Of a stretch of DNA of 64,000 nucleotides, positions 10,116-19,805 are shown in pieces. The translations under genes were made by a program, and so were the position numbers. The stretch's first letter is position 1. Each line of letters begins with the position of its first letter. Under the pieces are notes generated by a model that was given only the letters and a program-made list of their open reading frames with translations, made no database searches and had not been told where the DNA came from. This DNA is from Sedimentisphaerales bacterium (GTDB lineage Bacteria; Planctomycetota; Phycisphaerae; Sedimentisphaerales; SM23-30), in assembly GCA_963663965.2 (NCBI GenBank), contig CAXXFK010000020.1, positions 64,001-128,000 of the forward strand, read 5' to 3'.

Positions 10116-11210
10116 CTACGGCAGGGTACTATGGCGAATGACTTCGGCGCTGAGCAGGGTTTCGGCATCCGGTTTAATTTTCAGTCGTTCGGCTGTTTGC
10201 AAATTGATCAGGGGTATCCCTTCTTCCGTGGATTTCATGGGCAAATCCGACGGGGCCAATCCCTCCGCCAGAATTCGATGAGCCAGCAAGCCGGCCTGAT
10301 AACCCTGGGCCTCGCCGGAAACCGCCATGGAACAAAGCGTCCCTTTTTCGACCCGATCCTTCCAGAAGCTGAAATCCGGCAGGTGGGAATGTTCTGCGAG
10401 CCAGGAAATCACCGTTTCCATCGGAACATTCGCTCCGGTTTCATCTTTAAATTCAAATATTCCAAAGAACCCGATCGCATCCACGCTATTCTGACAATCC
10501 AACACTTTCTGCCTGAACGCATCGTAGTTATCTATCAATTCATAACCCACCACTTCAACGCTGTCGACCGAGGCCATCTGCTTTTTCATGCGTTCGAGCA
10601 TTGGCGGCCACATCTTGCCATTATCGCTGAGCATCATCACTTTTTTCACATCGGGTTTGAGTTTTTTGAGCAGATTGACGGTACCGACGTAATGCATCCG
10701 TTCGAGAATCCCGGTGATATTTTTTGCTTTGTCAAACCCATATTCCGACGGATCGGCATTAACCGCACTGAAGACCAAGGGGATTCCAGAATTGATATAA
10801 TCTTTACAGACATAGATCTGGACATTGTCATCATTGGTATAAACCAGATCCGGCTTCCAAGTATCGATGGTCTCTTTAATGTCAGCCGTGATCTGCCGGA
10901 TCCAGGCCTCATCGCTGCGGCGCTTGGTATCCATCTGCATAATCTTATATTCGACCTTCAGATCCTGCAGGGCGGATTGGAAACCTTTTAACTGGTCATC
11001 CGTCCATTTCCAGGGCGAATGATAACTCATCACATGCAGGATTTTGAATTCCCGATCGGGTTGGGATTGACTTGCGGATTTGTTTTCGTCACGGACCGGG
11101 GTGGGATTATCACTGGCCGGGCACCCGGCCAGCGCCCCAATTATCCCCATCGCAATCAGACCGGTACAACCCCATAGCAATCGTTGTTTCCATAAAAGTT
11201 TTTTTATCAT
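10116..11210 (-). CDS. ABC-type substrate-binding lipoprotein (ABC_sub_bind-like)
   Basis: LAGC lipobox; [41 protein letters not shown] motifs; probable start MIKKLL. Confidence 0.8.
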   Translation of the reverse strand: MIKKLLWKQRLLWGCTGLIAMGIIGALAGCPASDNPTPVRDENKSASQSQPDREFKILHVMSYHSPWKWTDDQLKGFQSALQDLKVEYKIMQMDTKRRSDEAWIRQITADIKETIDTWKPDLVYTNDDNVQIYVCKDYINSGIPLVFSAVNADPSEYGFDKAKNITGILERMHYVGTVNLLKKLKPDVKKVMMLSDNGKMWPPMLERMKKQMASVDSVEVVGYELIDNYDAFRQKVLDCQNSVDAIGFFGIFEFKDETGANVPMETVISWLAEHSHLPDFSFWKDRVEKGTLCSMAVSGEAQGYQAGLLAHRILAEGLAPSDLPMKSTEEGIPLINLQTAERLKIKPDAETLLSAEVIRHSTLP

Positions 11211-11648
11211 GATCAGCTCGCTCTCAACTTCTAAATTACAATGCCACTCTATCAAAAAGATCCACTGTTCCCCTGAAAAACTATCGTATGGCATAAAAAC
11301 CCACTTAAGTTATTATTACTTATTATCAATGGCGCCTGTCATAAACTGGCCGGACCAGACATTCATTCTTCCAACCGTGATAGCGACCGATTACTAACCG
11401 CCCCCCCAATCCCCTGTTATGCCGCCTGCTTAATCTTTTTTAAGGACTGGTATGATAATCAGTTATATTGGCCCCACGATTAAGAAACGATGATCGCCCT
11501 TTCAAGAGTCGACTGATAAAAAAAGACCTTGTCAATCAGTTGGCCGCTGGCGATTATCCGGTGACAAGCGAACTTCGCCGGATCGCACCCGATATGGGAC
11601 GTTTGCAAAAAGTTTGTTTTGACCCAATGATCCGCAAGCCATCACGGA

Positions 11649-13244
11649 TTACTTGATTTTGAATATTTTCAATTCATCGTGTTTGAGCCCGGCGGCGGCG
11701 CCCAGATAGGTGGCCAGGCACAGGGAGGTGACTATCAGCAACTGCCAGACATCGGCCAGTGAGCGGGTAAGGCGCATGGCAATGACGCCGGCGATGGCCA
11801 TGGCGGCGGAGGCAGCGAGGGTTTTGAGAATGGAGCCGGTGAGGCGTTCTTTCAGATAGAGTTGATAGCGCCGCACCAGAATGATCATCAGGAAGATCAC
11901 CTGAATCATGGCACAGATCGCCGTAGAAAGCGCCAGGCCGCCGGTGGCCAGTGGCCAGATCAGAATCAGGTTGAGAATGAAATTCAAGGCAATCACGCGT
12001 ACGGCAACAAAGACGGGGGTTTTGGAGTCCTGAAAGGAATAAAAGCCGCGAATAATTAATTGCTGCATGAAATAGGCGACAATACCGAGCGAGTAATAGA
12101 ACAGGGTCATGGCGGTGGCGGCGGAATCGGCGGCAGTGAACTGGTTGCCCTGGAGGAGCGCGACGACCAGGGGTTTTCGCAACAGGATCAGGCCAATAGT
12201 GGCAGGGACACCGATAAATAATACCACGCGGAGACCCTGGGAAAAGATATGGTTGAATTCGGCCCGCTGTTCGAGGGCGGTGACCCGGCTGAGATAGGGG
12301 AAGATCGCGGTAGCGAGGGCGATACCGAACACGCCCAGGGGGACCTGATAGCAGCGCTGGGCATAGAACAGGTAGGAGACGGATCCTTCGGCGACGGGAT
12401 ACTGGATGGTCCAGCCAAAAAGTTGAAAGGCCGGGCCGGTCTGTTCGGTGGCGGATAGAAAAAAGGCGATGAGGTTGTCGGCCAGGGTATTGAGCTGCAC
12501 GGCGGTCAGGCCGACGACCATGGGCATCATTAACGACATAATGGTGCGCACGGGGGATTCGTGGAAGATCATTCTCGGCCGGACGGAAATCCCTTTGCGT
12601 GCGAGTATGGGAATCAAAAGCCCGACTTGCAGAAAACCGGAAACAGTGACCGCGGTGGCAACGACATAAACCTGACGCCAGGGATCGTCACCCAGAACCC
12701 CGCGAAAGAGATAGACACCGGCGATAAAGACGCAATTGAAAATCAGCGGAGTCAGAGCCGGCAGACTGAAGTGGTCGTGGACGTTCAAGATGGCCGACAT
12801 GGCGGCGGCCAGGCAGACCAGAATCATATAGGGCAACATGATCATGGTCAGATCGAGCATGATGCGGGTGGTCTGGGCCTGATCGGGACCAAGCCAGCGA
12901 AACAGGGCAATCCCGATGATCCCCAGTAATGTCAGTGTGGATAAGACCAGCGTCAGCAAGGTCAGGACGCTGTTGACCAGTTGGCCGGCGGTTGCGGGTG
13001 TTTCCTGGCGTTGCTGGGTATAGACAGGGATCAACGCGGAGGTGAGCGCCCCTTCGCCAAAGATACGGCGGGAGAGGTTGGGGATCATGAAGGGGATATA
13101 AAAATAGTGCATGATCTGGGCGCCGAAATAGCGCGAACAGATGGCATCGCGGACCAAACCCAAAATACGGCTGGCCAGGGTCAGGATGGCGATCATCCGG
13201 GCCGGACGTAAGAAGGAGCGGGAGGATGTTTTGGGGTCGGCCAT
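11649..13244 (-). CDS. murJ: Lipid II flippase MurJ (MviN)
   Basis: SRILGLVRD, F.IPNL.RRIFGEGAL, YAQR..Q.PLGVFG, RGFYS.QD.KTP; multi-TM. Confidence 0.95.
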   Translation of the reverse strand: MADPKTSSRSFLRPARMIAILTLASRILGLVRDAICSRYFGAQIMHYFYIPFMIPNLSRRIFGEGALTSALIPVYTQQRQETPATAGQLVNSVLTLLTLVLSTLTLLGIIGIALFRWLGPDQAQTTRIMLDLTMIMLPYMILVCLAAAMSAILNVHDHFSLPALTPLIFNCVFIAGVYLFRGVLGDDPWRQVYVVATAVTVSGFLQVGLLIPILARKGISVRPRMIFHESPVRTIMSLMMPMVVGLTAVQLNTLADNLIAFFLSATEQTGPAFQLFGWTIQYPVAEGSVSYLFYAQRCYQVPLGVFGIALATAIFPYLSRVTALEQRAEFNHIFSQGLRVVLFIGVPATIGLILLRKPLVVALLQGNQFTAADSAATAMTLFYYSLGIVAYFMQQLIIRGFYSFQDSKTPVFVAVRVIALNFILNLILIWPLATGGLALSTAICAMIQVIFLMIILVRRYQLYLKERLTGSILKTLAASAAMAIAGVIAMRLTRSLADVWQLLIVTSLCLATYLGAAAGLKHDELKIFKIK

Positions 13245-13295
13245 ATTATTTTGAAACACCAGAATCCCTGAGGATCGGCGTTATCTGAAAGCTAT

Positions 13296-13331
13296 AAAAA
13301 AAGGCATTGAAGCGTCGCCACTCCAATGCCT
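13296..13331 (-). terminator. Intrinsic terminator after PPIase-like gene
   Basis: AGGCATTG/CAATGCCT stem followed by U-tract on minus strand. Confidence 0.7.
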
Positions 13332-13367
13332 GCTGGTTTATCCCTATCGGCGTTCAGCCATCAGGCC

Positions 13368-14303
13368 TTATTTGCCAGGCGACGAAACGGCGTTTTCGCT
13401 CTGGCGGGCTTTTTCTGCAGCTTCCTGCTGTTTTTTCATTTGTTCTTCACGTTGTTTCGTCAGACGATCGGATTCCTTTACGGGTGACTTTTCTTTCAGA
13501 TCGTTAATCACCTTTTGGGGATAATCGGCCTGTGCCTGTCGATTCAACTGCTGAATGATCTGGTCTTTGATTTCATCGAAGGCGGGCATGCGTTCCAGCC
13601 GCACGGATTTGACCCGGATGATTTCAAAACCCTTCATGCCCAGGAACGGCCCCAGAACCTCGTTGGGTTTGGCGTTTTTGACCGCTTCGGCGGCTTGGTC
13701 GCCCAAGGCAACCTTTAAGCGATCCCAGGGGGTATTGAACAAGCGGCCCCGCATGCGGTCTTCGGGCCCCTGATAATATTTCTGATAGATGGCGTTAAAG
13801 TCGGCATCGGCTTTTTGCAGGTCTTCCATAGCCGCTTTGGCCTGATCACGCTGCTGAAGAGTCAGATGTTCCACATTGGCCATAAACTGCTGTTTGTATT
13901 TATCGGGATTGGCATCGTACTCGGCTTTCGCCTGTTCATCCGTCGCTTTAGGCGCGTCTTCGGTGAGTACCTTGGTGAGCAGGTTGCCCAGGAAATAGTC
14001 CTGATAGAGTTGTAGAATAAACTGGCCTTCCGGGGTCTTATCGAGACCACGGCGGCGAGCTTCCTGAGCTTTGAGCTGGATATCGACCCAGAAATCGGCG
14101 GCGCTGATCAGATCGTTCCCGGCGCGATTTTCGAGCATGACATCGATTTGCCAGCCTTTCAGTTCGGCGTTTCCCATCTTAACAACTGTTTCATCGGCGG
14201 CCGGTTTATCGGCGGGGTCGGGTTGGGGCTCCTGCTGGCACCAGGCGGATGCCGTGGCGGCGATCAGAATTAAAAATGCAATTCGGTAATGATTCTTTTT
14301 CAT
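13368..14303 (-). CDS. Periplasmic parvulin/PpiC-type peptidyl-prolyl isomerase-like chaperone
   Basis: Signal peptide; QEARRRGLDK, degenerate rotamase domain (HLTL..., GPF....GFEIIRV), FDEIKDQI. Confidence 0.75.
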   Translation of the reverse strand: MKKNHYRIAFLILIAATASAWCQQEPQPDPADKPAADETVVKMGNAELKGWQIDVMLENRAGNDLISAADFWVDIQLKAQEARRRGLDKTPEGQFILQLYQDYFLGNLLTKVLTEDAPKATDEQAKAEYDANPDKYKQQFMANVEHLTLQQRDQAKAAMEDLQKADADFNAIYQKYYQGPEDRMRGRLFNTPWDRLKVALGDQAAEAVKNAKPNEVLGPFLGMKGFEIIRVKSVRLERMPAFDEIKDQIIQQLNRQAQADYPQKVINDLKEKSPVKESDRLTKQREEQMKKQQEAAEKARQSENAVSSPGK

Positions 14304-14387
14304 GTCACTCTCCTTCGACTCGAATTGTTATGACAGATAAAGTAAACGCCGTGACTTGGTTGTTCACGGCTTTAAACAACAACACAA

Positions 14388-16649
14388 TCAGGAAGGATCC
14401 TTGGGAGATTCAGATCCGGGTTCATTGTCAGCGGTTTTTTCTTCTTCCGGTTCGGTTTCTTCCCTGGCAGGATGTGCCAGTTTAAAACCGGATCGTTTTT
14501 TGATGTTATCCGGATTGAAATGCACCAGAGCGAGCCGGCCCTGAGCGCTGTTGAGCAACTGATGGGCGGTGGCTGCTTTATAATTGAGGTACTGGTCTTT
14601 GTTGGTCGGTTCGACGGTCAGGTTTTTAAAGACCAGACAGGAGGTTTCTTCGAAATTTTTATAAAGCGGCAATTCGCCTTCCGGTTTGCCTTCATAATCA
14701 CGGTAAGTTTTGGCGCAGTTTTCCATCAGTTTACGGATACGGTTGAGCGCCTGGGAATAGTAAGATTGCGATTGCGGATTCTGCTGCATCATATCGCGGT
14801 AGCGATCCATCATATCTTTCTGGCTCTGGATCTCTTCGGTACGCAAGCGGTCCCAGGTGTCATTGGGGTCTTTGCGCAGCTGATCGTTGAAGGTTTTCAA
14901 AGCGCCGGTCCAGTCGTCTTTGGCGGCCTTGGCGAAGGCTTCGGCCTGTTCACAGGCAATTTCGAACGCCTTCATTTTTTTCCAGTCGCTGGTGATTGCC
15001 TCCTTGAGATCATTTTTTCCATCATCCAGCGGGGCCACACCGGCCCCCCCCTGACGGCCATCGTCAGTGAGCGAGACCGGTTCCCGTTCGCGATCGACCG
15101 CAACGATGCGGACAATATAGGCTTTTTCGGGCTTGCTGTTATACCCCCAGGTCTGGGCCGTCGTGATGTCTTCCATGAGCTTAACCGGGGGCTCATCGAG
15201 ACGAATCGCCGGCCGGTCGCGCAACGGTTCGCAATTAAAGATCATATTCATCAGACCGGCGCCCTGTCGGCCCGAACGGATAATACGAGCGCGGCCCAGA
15301 CTGGACTGATCAAAGCCGGAGGCCTTTTCGTAGTTCATAAAATCGGTATGCTGGAACTGAATTTTGACCTCATCCGTGGAATATTTCTCAGCAATTTTCT
15401 GATAATCGACCGGTTTAACATCGGCGTTCTGAATGGCCTGGCTGGCTTCTGCGAGAATCCGAGTCACTTTGGCTACGGCCTGCTGGCGGAGGTAATCCCC
15501 CTTGACCTGGTCGCAGGCCTGATCGTAGGTCTGGTACTTCGGTTCGCTATTTTCACTGGTCTGGGCGGCGCGATCGGGATAATCCTGTTTGTGTTCGGAC
15601 CAGTAGGACTGGAGCCGGTCTTCCTGATCGACGAACGACAGCTTTTCAAATTCGGCTTTGGCGGGCGCCTCAGCCGCGACAATATCGAATGACAGGACAT
15701 CCAGCTGAATCCGATCCCCCAGTTTATATCCAAATCGATAGGGATTATTGGCAATCAGTTCTTCGGCGACCTGCTGATCGGGTCGGACGTTTTTGAACTG
15801 ATCGAATAACTTCTGCAGATCCTCATCGGTGGGTTCGCCGATTTTTTCACGGAAGTAACTGTCGCGGAACGTCACATAGGAGCCATCCACCTGCTCGGTA
15901 TCCAGGACATCGCGGACACTTTTGCGAATTTCATTTTCACTGATCACATCGCCATCGGTGACCATATCGGCATAGAGCATAATCGAGATCAGATCGCCAA
16001 TTGCCGCACGGAATTCAGTCTGAGTCAGACCATTACGATTCAGGACACCGGCCAGATCGGGATTGCCCAACTGGGCGCCCAGTTGCCGGCGAGTTTCCAT
16101 AACGACATTAATCTGCTCTTCAGTGGCGAAGATACCGGCCTGATGGGCTTCCTGGGCCAGTAGCAGGAACAAAACGCGGGAATCGCCCTGGTCAGTATCA
16201 AAAATCGCGTCGATTTCGGCAGTGATTTTTTCGTAGGATTCATCATCCTGCGACCACGATCCGGCCATCTGATAGAGCATGGAGCGGAGTGAATAAACCC
16301 CCATCTGGCTCATGAAAATCGGATCACCAAAGACCAGGAAATGGGTCAGCATGGTCGGTACCGGACCGACGCCGCCGAGATCGGGGATCTGGGAAAAGAA
16401 TCCCAACTGGGACAACCGTTTGACACCAAATTCTTCCAGGGCCTGCAATTGACGATGGCACATACTCAGAGTCGATTGGCGGATCGTCATTTTTTCGCCG
16501 TCCGGATAGATGGCCTGGGCAAACACTTCATCTTTGCCGCCACGATTACGGCCTTTGCCGGTAAAAGGCAGCAGAAATATCACCATGATAGGTACTGCAA
16601 TCCATACCATAATTATTTTACTATTTTTACGAAGCCATTGCATAGCCAT
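14388..16649 (-). CDS. PpiD/SurA-N-like membrane-anchored periplasmic chaperone
   Basis: MQWLRKNSK + TM N-terminus as in PpiD; EAHQAGI.AT.EQI, ISENEI, EPTDEDLQKLFD. Confidence 0.6.
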   Translation of the reverse strand: MAMQWLRKNSKIIMVWIAVPIMVIFLLPFTGKGRNRGGKDEVFAQAIYPDGEKMTIRQSTLSMCHRQLQALEEFGVKRLSQLGFFSQIPDLGGVGPVPTMLTHFLVFGDPIFMSQMGVYSLRSMLYQMAGSWSQDDESYEKITAEIDAIFDTDQGDSRVLFLLLAQEAHQAGIFATEEQINVVMETRRQLGAQLGNPDLAGVLNRNGLTQTEFRAAIGDLISIMLYADMVTDGDVISENEIRKSVRDVLDTEQVDGSYVTFRDSYFREKIGEPTDEDLQKLFDQFKNVRPDQQVAEELIANNPYRFGYKLGDRIQLDVLSFDIVAAEAPAKAEFEKLSFVDQEDRLQSYWSEHKQDYPDRAAQTSENSEPKYQTYDQACDQVKGDYLRQQAVAKVTRILAEASQAIQNADVKPVDYQKIAEKYSTDEVKIQFQHTDFMNYEKASGFDQSSLGRARIIRSGRQGAGLMNMIFNCEPLRDRPAIRLDEPPVKLMEDITTAQTWGYNSKPEKAYIVRIVAVDREREPVSLTDDGRQGGAGVAPLDDGKNDLKEAITSDWKKMKAFEIACEQAEAFAKAAKDDWTGALKTFNDQLRKDPNDTWDRLRTEEIQSQKDMMDRYRDMMQQNPQSQSYYSQALNRIRKLMENCAKTYRDYEGKPEGELPLYKNFEETSCLVFKNLTVEPTNKDQYLNYKAATAHQLLNSAQGRLALVHFNPDNIKKRSGFKLAHPAREETEPEEEKTADNEPGSESPKDPS

Positions 16650-17301
16650 GTACGATCACTCCAAAATTATTAACAGATACACCTTATGGATGGTGGTTCA
16701 ACCGCCCAAAATTCAGGGGCAGAACCGGTCCATTCAACAAATCAAGAATTTGATAGTATAAATCAAATAATCCGCAATAGCAATCATAAATCAGGTATTT
16801 GACATGGTTTCGAAACCGTGGCGGAACAGGCGGCCGGAGTCTGTCCGATAATACAAAGTTTATAAGCATTCGCCAAGGAAATGAGAAAAGATTATAGGGC
16901 CCTCGCCTGCTGGGCGGCCCTCAAAATCACTTTAATCCATTTAATTGATATAAATTATCACTGGCGAATAACGCGCAAACCGAGCAAAAAAATAAAATTT
17001 TCGTAACATTCTTTTAAATATACACTTAGATGTCAATCTAAAAACAATTATCACACGGTCGTTTACTGAATAAGCTTGACAATCATGAATGGGTTTGTTA
17101 ATTGGCTCCTTTCTGATACTGAAAAATTTGAGAAAATAACATTTTGAATGATTAAAATACCAGATAGAAACGACAGATATTCAAAAAACGCGTTCCCGGT
17201 ATTGCAGTCATACTGATGGACGGCCCTTCAGAGGGTCTGATCATATACCTAAATATATACCAATTAAGCGATAAAAATTGCTGGAAATGGAATAGGAATC
17301 A

Positions 17302-19740
17302 ATGAGTTCAGCCGCATCGCTCGTCATTGTCGAGTCGCCCGCCAAGGCGAAGACTATAAATAAGTATCTGGGCAAGAATTATAAGGTCATGGCCAGTATG
17401 GGTCATATCCGTGACTTGCCCGACAAATCTCTGGCAGTTGACGTCGACAATGATTTCGAACCCACCTACCAGATCATTCAAACCCGCAAAAAAACGCTGT
17501 CGGATCTGAAAAAGGCGGCCAAAGACGCGCCGATGATTTATCTGGCGGCTGACTTGGACCGGGAAGGAGAAGCGATCGCCTGGCATCTGACCGAAGCGTT
17601 AAAGATTCCCAAAGATAAATTTTGCCGGGTGGTGTTCAATTCGATCACCAAATCCAGTATTCAAAATGCCTTTAACCAGCCTCATCAACTGGATATGGAC
17701 AAGGTTTATGCCCAACAGGCGCGCCGGATCCTGGACCGGATCGTGGGTTATCAGATCAGTCCCTTGCTATGGAAAAAAGTAGCCCGTGGTCTGTCTGCCG
17801 GGCGGGTACAATCGGTCGCCGTTAAATTGATCGTCGATCGTGAAAAAGAGATCCTGGCATTTGTACCGGAAGAATACTGGAAAATCAGCGGTCTGTTCTG
17901 CAGCAGCAACAAACCGGAGTTGGAGAACGCGTATCAGGAATTCATTGGAACCCATGGCGACAAGGGTCCGACTCAAAAACAAAAAGCGGAATGGATGTAT
18001 GAACATGGCTGTCTGGATACCCAATTGACGACGATTGCCGGCCAACCGTTTCGGCCGGGCGACGCCGCGGAATCCCAGGCGGTATACACGGCCCTTTCTC
18101 CGGCGGAGTTCCGGGTACTGGAAATTGAAACCCGAGAGAACAAGTCGAAACCCCCGGCGCCCTTTATTACCTCGACCTTGCAGCAGCAATCGGCCACCCG
18201 GCTGGGCTACAGCACTAAAAGTACCATGCGACTGGCCCAGCAGCTCTATGAAGGCGTGGAAGTGAGCGGTTTGGGAAGCGTGGGTCTGATTACCTATATG
18301 CGTACAGACAGCACGCACCTGGCTGAAGAGTCTATTGCCATGGCGCGCAGTTTTATCCAGAGCAACTATGGGGATGCCTATTTACCGAATGCGCCCATCA
18401 TCTACGAAAAGAACCGAAAAACCGCCCAGGAAGCCCATGAAGCGATCCGTCCAACCGATGTGACCCTGACCCCGGACCGGGTCAAAGGCGACCTGACCCC
18501 CCAGCAATACAAATTGTATGAATTGATCTGGAAACGCTTTGTCGCCTGTCAGATGACAGCCGCCATCTGGGATGTTACGATTGTGCAAATCGGTGCAGAC
18601 ACCACGATGGGTCAGGCGATATTCAGGACCACAGGCCGGAAACTGGTATTCGACGGCTTTATGAAGGTCAGCGGCATAACCGTATCCGGCGGCGATCAGA
18701 TTCTGCCGCATCTGGATACCGGTCAACAGGTATTTCCGGTCCATATCAATAACACCCAGCATTTTACTTCGCCGCCGCCCCGCTATACCGAAGCGTCCCT
18801 GGTGAAAATGCTGGAAGCGGAAGGAATCGGACGGCCGAGTACTTACGCAACGATCATATCGACGATTCAGGATCGCGGTTATGTGGAACAGCTGGACAAG
18901 AAATTTCACGCAACGGACCTGGGGATGGTGGTGACGGCCAAGCTGGAGGATCATTTTCCCCGGGTGATGGACCTGCAATTCACCAGTCATATGGAAGAGC
19001 AGCTGGATAAGATCGAAGAGCAACACCTGAACTGGGTTCAGGTGTTGAGTGAATTTTACGGGCCGTTCAAGGAAAGCCTGGAGCGGGCGCATGATGAAAT
19101 GAAACACGCGAAGGCCGAGACGCAGCCTTCGGACTTCGATTGTCCGGATTGCGGCAAGAAGCTGGTATACCGGTTTGGCAAGAACGGCCGGTTTTTATCG
19201 TGTGAGGCGTATCCCGACTGCAAATTTGCCGCACCGTGCGATCGGGATGGTAATATTGCCAAGCCGGAAGAGACCGAGCACAAATGTCCCAACTGCGGTA
19301 AAGCGATGATCCTGAGAAAGGGCCGGTTTGGCTCGTTTCTGGGTTGCAGCGATTATCCGGAATGCAAGACCACGCAGAAAGTGGATAAAGACGGGAATGT
19401 ACAGCCACCCAAAGCGCCGCCGCAGCCATCGGGATTACGTTGTCAGAAATGCGCGGAAGGCGAACTGGTGATTCGAGACAGCAAGCGCGGTCCGTTCCTG
19501 GGGTGTAACCGGTTCCCGAAATGCCGGAATATTATCAGTATGAAACAGCTGGATCATCTGAAGGAATTGCAGGCCCAGGGCATCTGGCCGCCGAAAACCA
19601 TTGAAGAGGCTGATGAATTGCTGGGGCGCAGCAAAAAAACCAGCGCTAAAAAAGAAGACGATACTGAAAAGCCCGCCCAAAAGGCCAAACCCACCCGTAA
19701 GAAACCAGAAGCCATGGAGGAGAGCGAAGTCCCGTTCTGA
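17302..19740 (+). CDS. topA: DNA topoisomerase I with three C-terminal zinc ribbons
   Basis: LVIVESPAKAKTI, DLDREGE, SAGRVQS, ITYMRTDS, GIGRPSTY. Confidence 0.98.
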   Translation: MSSAASLVIVESPAKAKTINKYLGKNYKVMASMGHIRDLPDKSLAVDVDNDFEPTYQIIQTRKKTLSDLKKAAKDAPMIYLAADLDREGEAIAWHLTEALKIPKDKFCRVVFNSITKSSIQNAFNQPHQLDMDKVYAQQARRILDRIVGYQISPLLWKKVARGLSAGRVQSVAVKLIVDREKEILAFVPEEYWKISGLFCSSNKPELENAYQEFIGTHGDKGPTQKQKAEWMYEHGCLDTQLTTIAGQPFRPGDAAESQAVYTALSPAEFRVLEIETRENKSKPPAPFITSTLQQQSATRLGYSTKSTMRLAQQLYEGVEVSGLGSVGLITYMRTDSTHLAEESIAMARSFIQSNYGDAYLPNAPIIYEKNRKTAQEAHEAIRPTDVTLTPDRVKGDLTPQQYKLYELIWKRFVACQMTAAIWDVTIVQIGADTTMGQAIFRTTGRKLVFDGFMKVSGITVSGGDQILPHLDTGQQVFPVHINNTQHFTSPPPRYTEASLVKMLEAEGIGRPSTYATIISTIQDRGYVEQLDKKFHATDLGMVVTAKLEDHFPRVMDLQFTSHMEEQLDKIEEQHLNWVQVLSEFYGPFKESLERAHDEMKHAKAETQPSDFDCPDCGKKLVYRFGKNGRFLSCEAYPDCKFAAPCDRDGNIAKPEETEHKCPNCGKAMILRKGRFGSFLGCSDYPECKTTQKVDKDGNVQPPKAPPQPSGLRCQKCAEGELVIRDSKRGPFLGCNRFPKCRNIISMKQLDHLKELQAQGIWPPKTIEEADELLGRSKKTSAKKEDDTEKPAQKAKPTRKKPEAMEESEVPF

Positions 19741-19770
19741 TTTCGTGGTGGATAGAAACCGAATGAAGCT

Positions 19771-19802
19771 AGCTACCGGTCCTCAAACCCGGTGGCTTTT
19801 TT
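19771..19802 (+). terminator. Intrinsic terminator between convergent topA and uup
   Basis: AGCTACCGG/CCGGTGGCT stem + T-run. Confidence 0.75.
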
Positions 19803-19805
19803 TAT

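Noticed and set aside
11468..11656. 62-aa plus-strand ORF
   Set aside because: TTG start, no RBS, no motif; overlaps the predicted RNA helices
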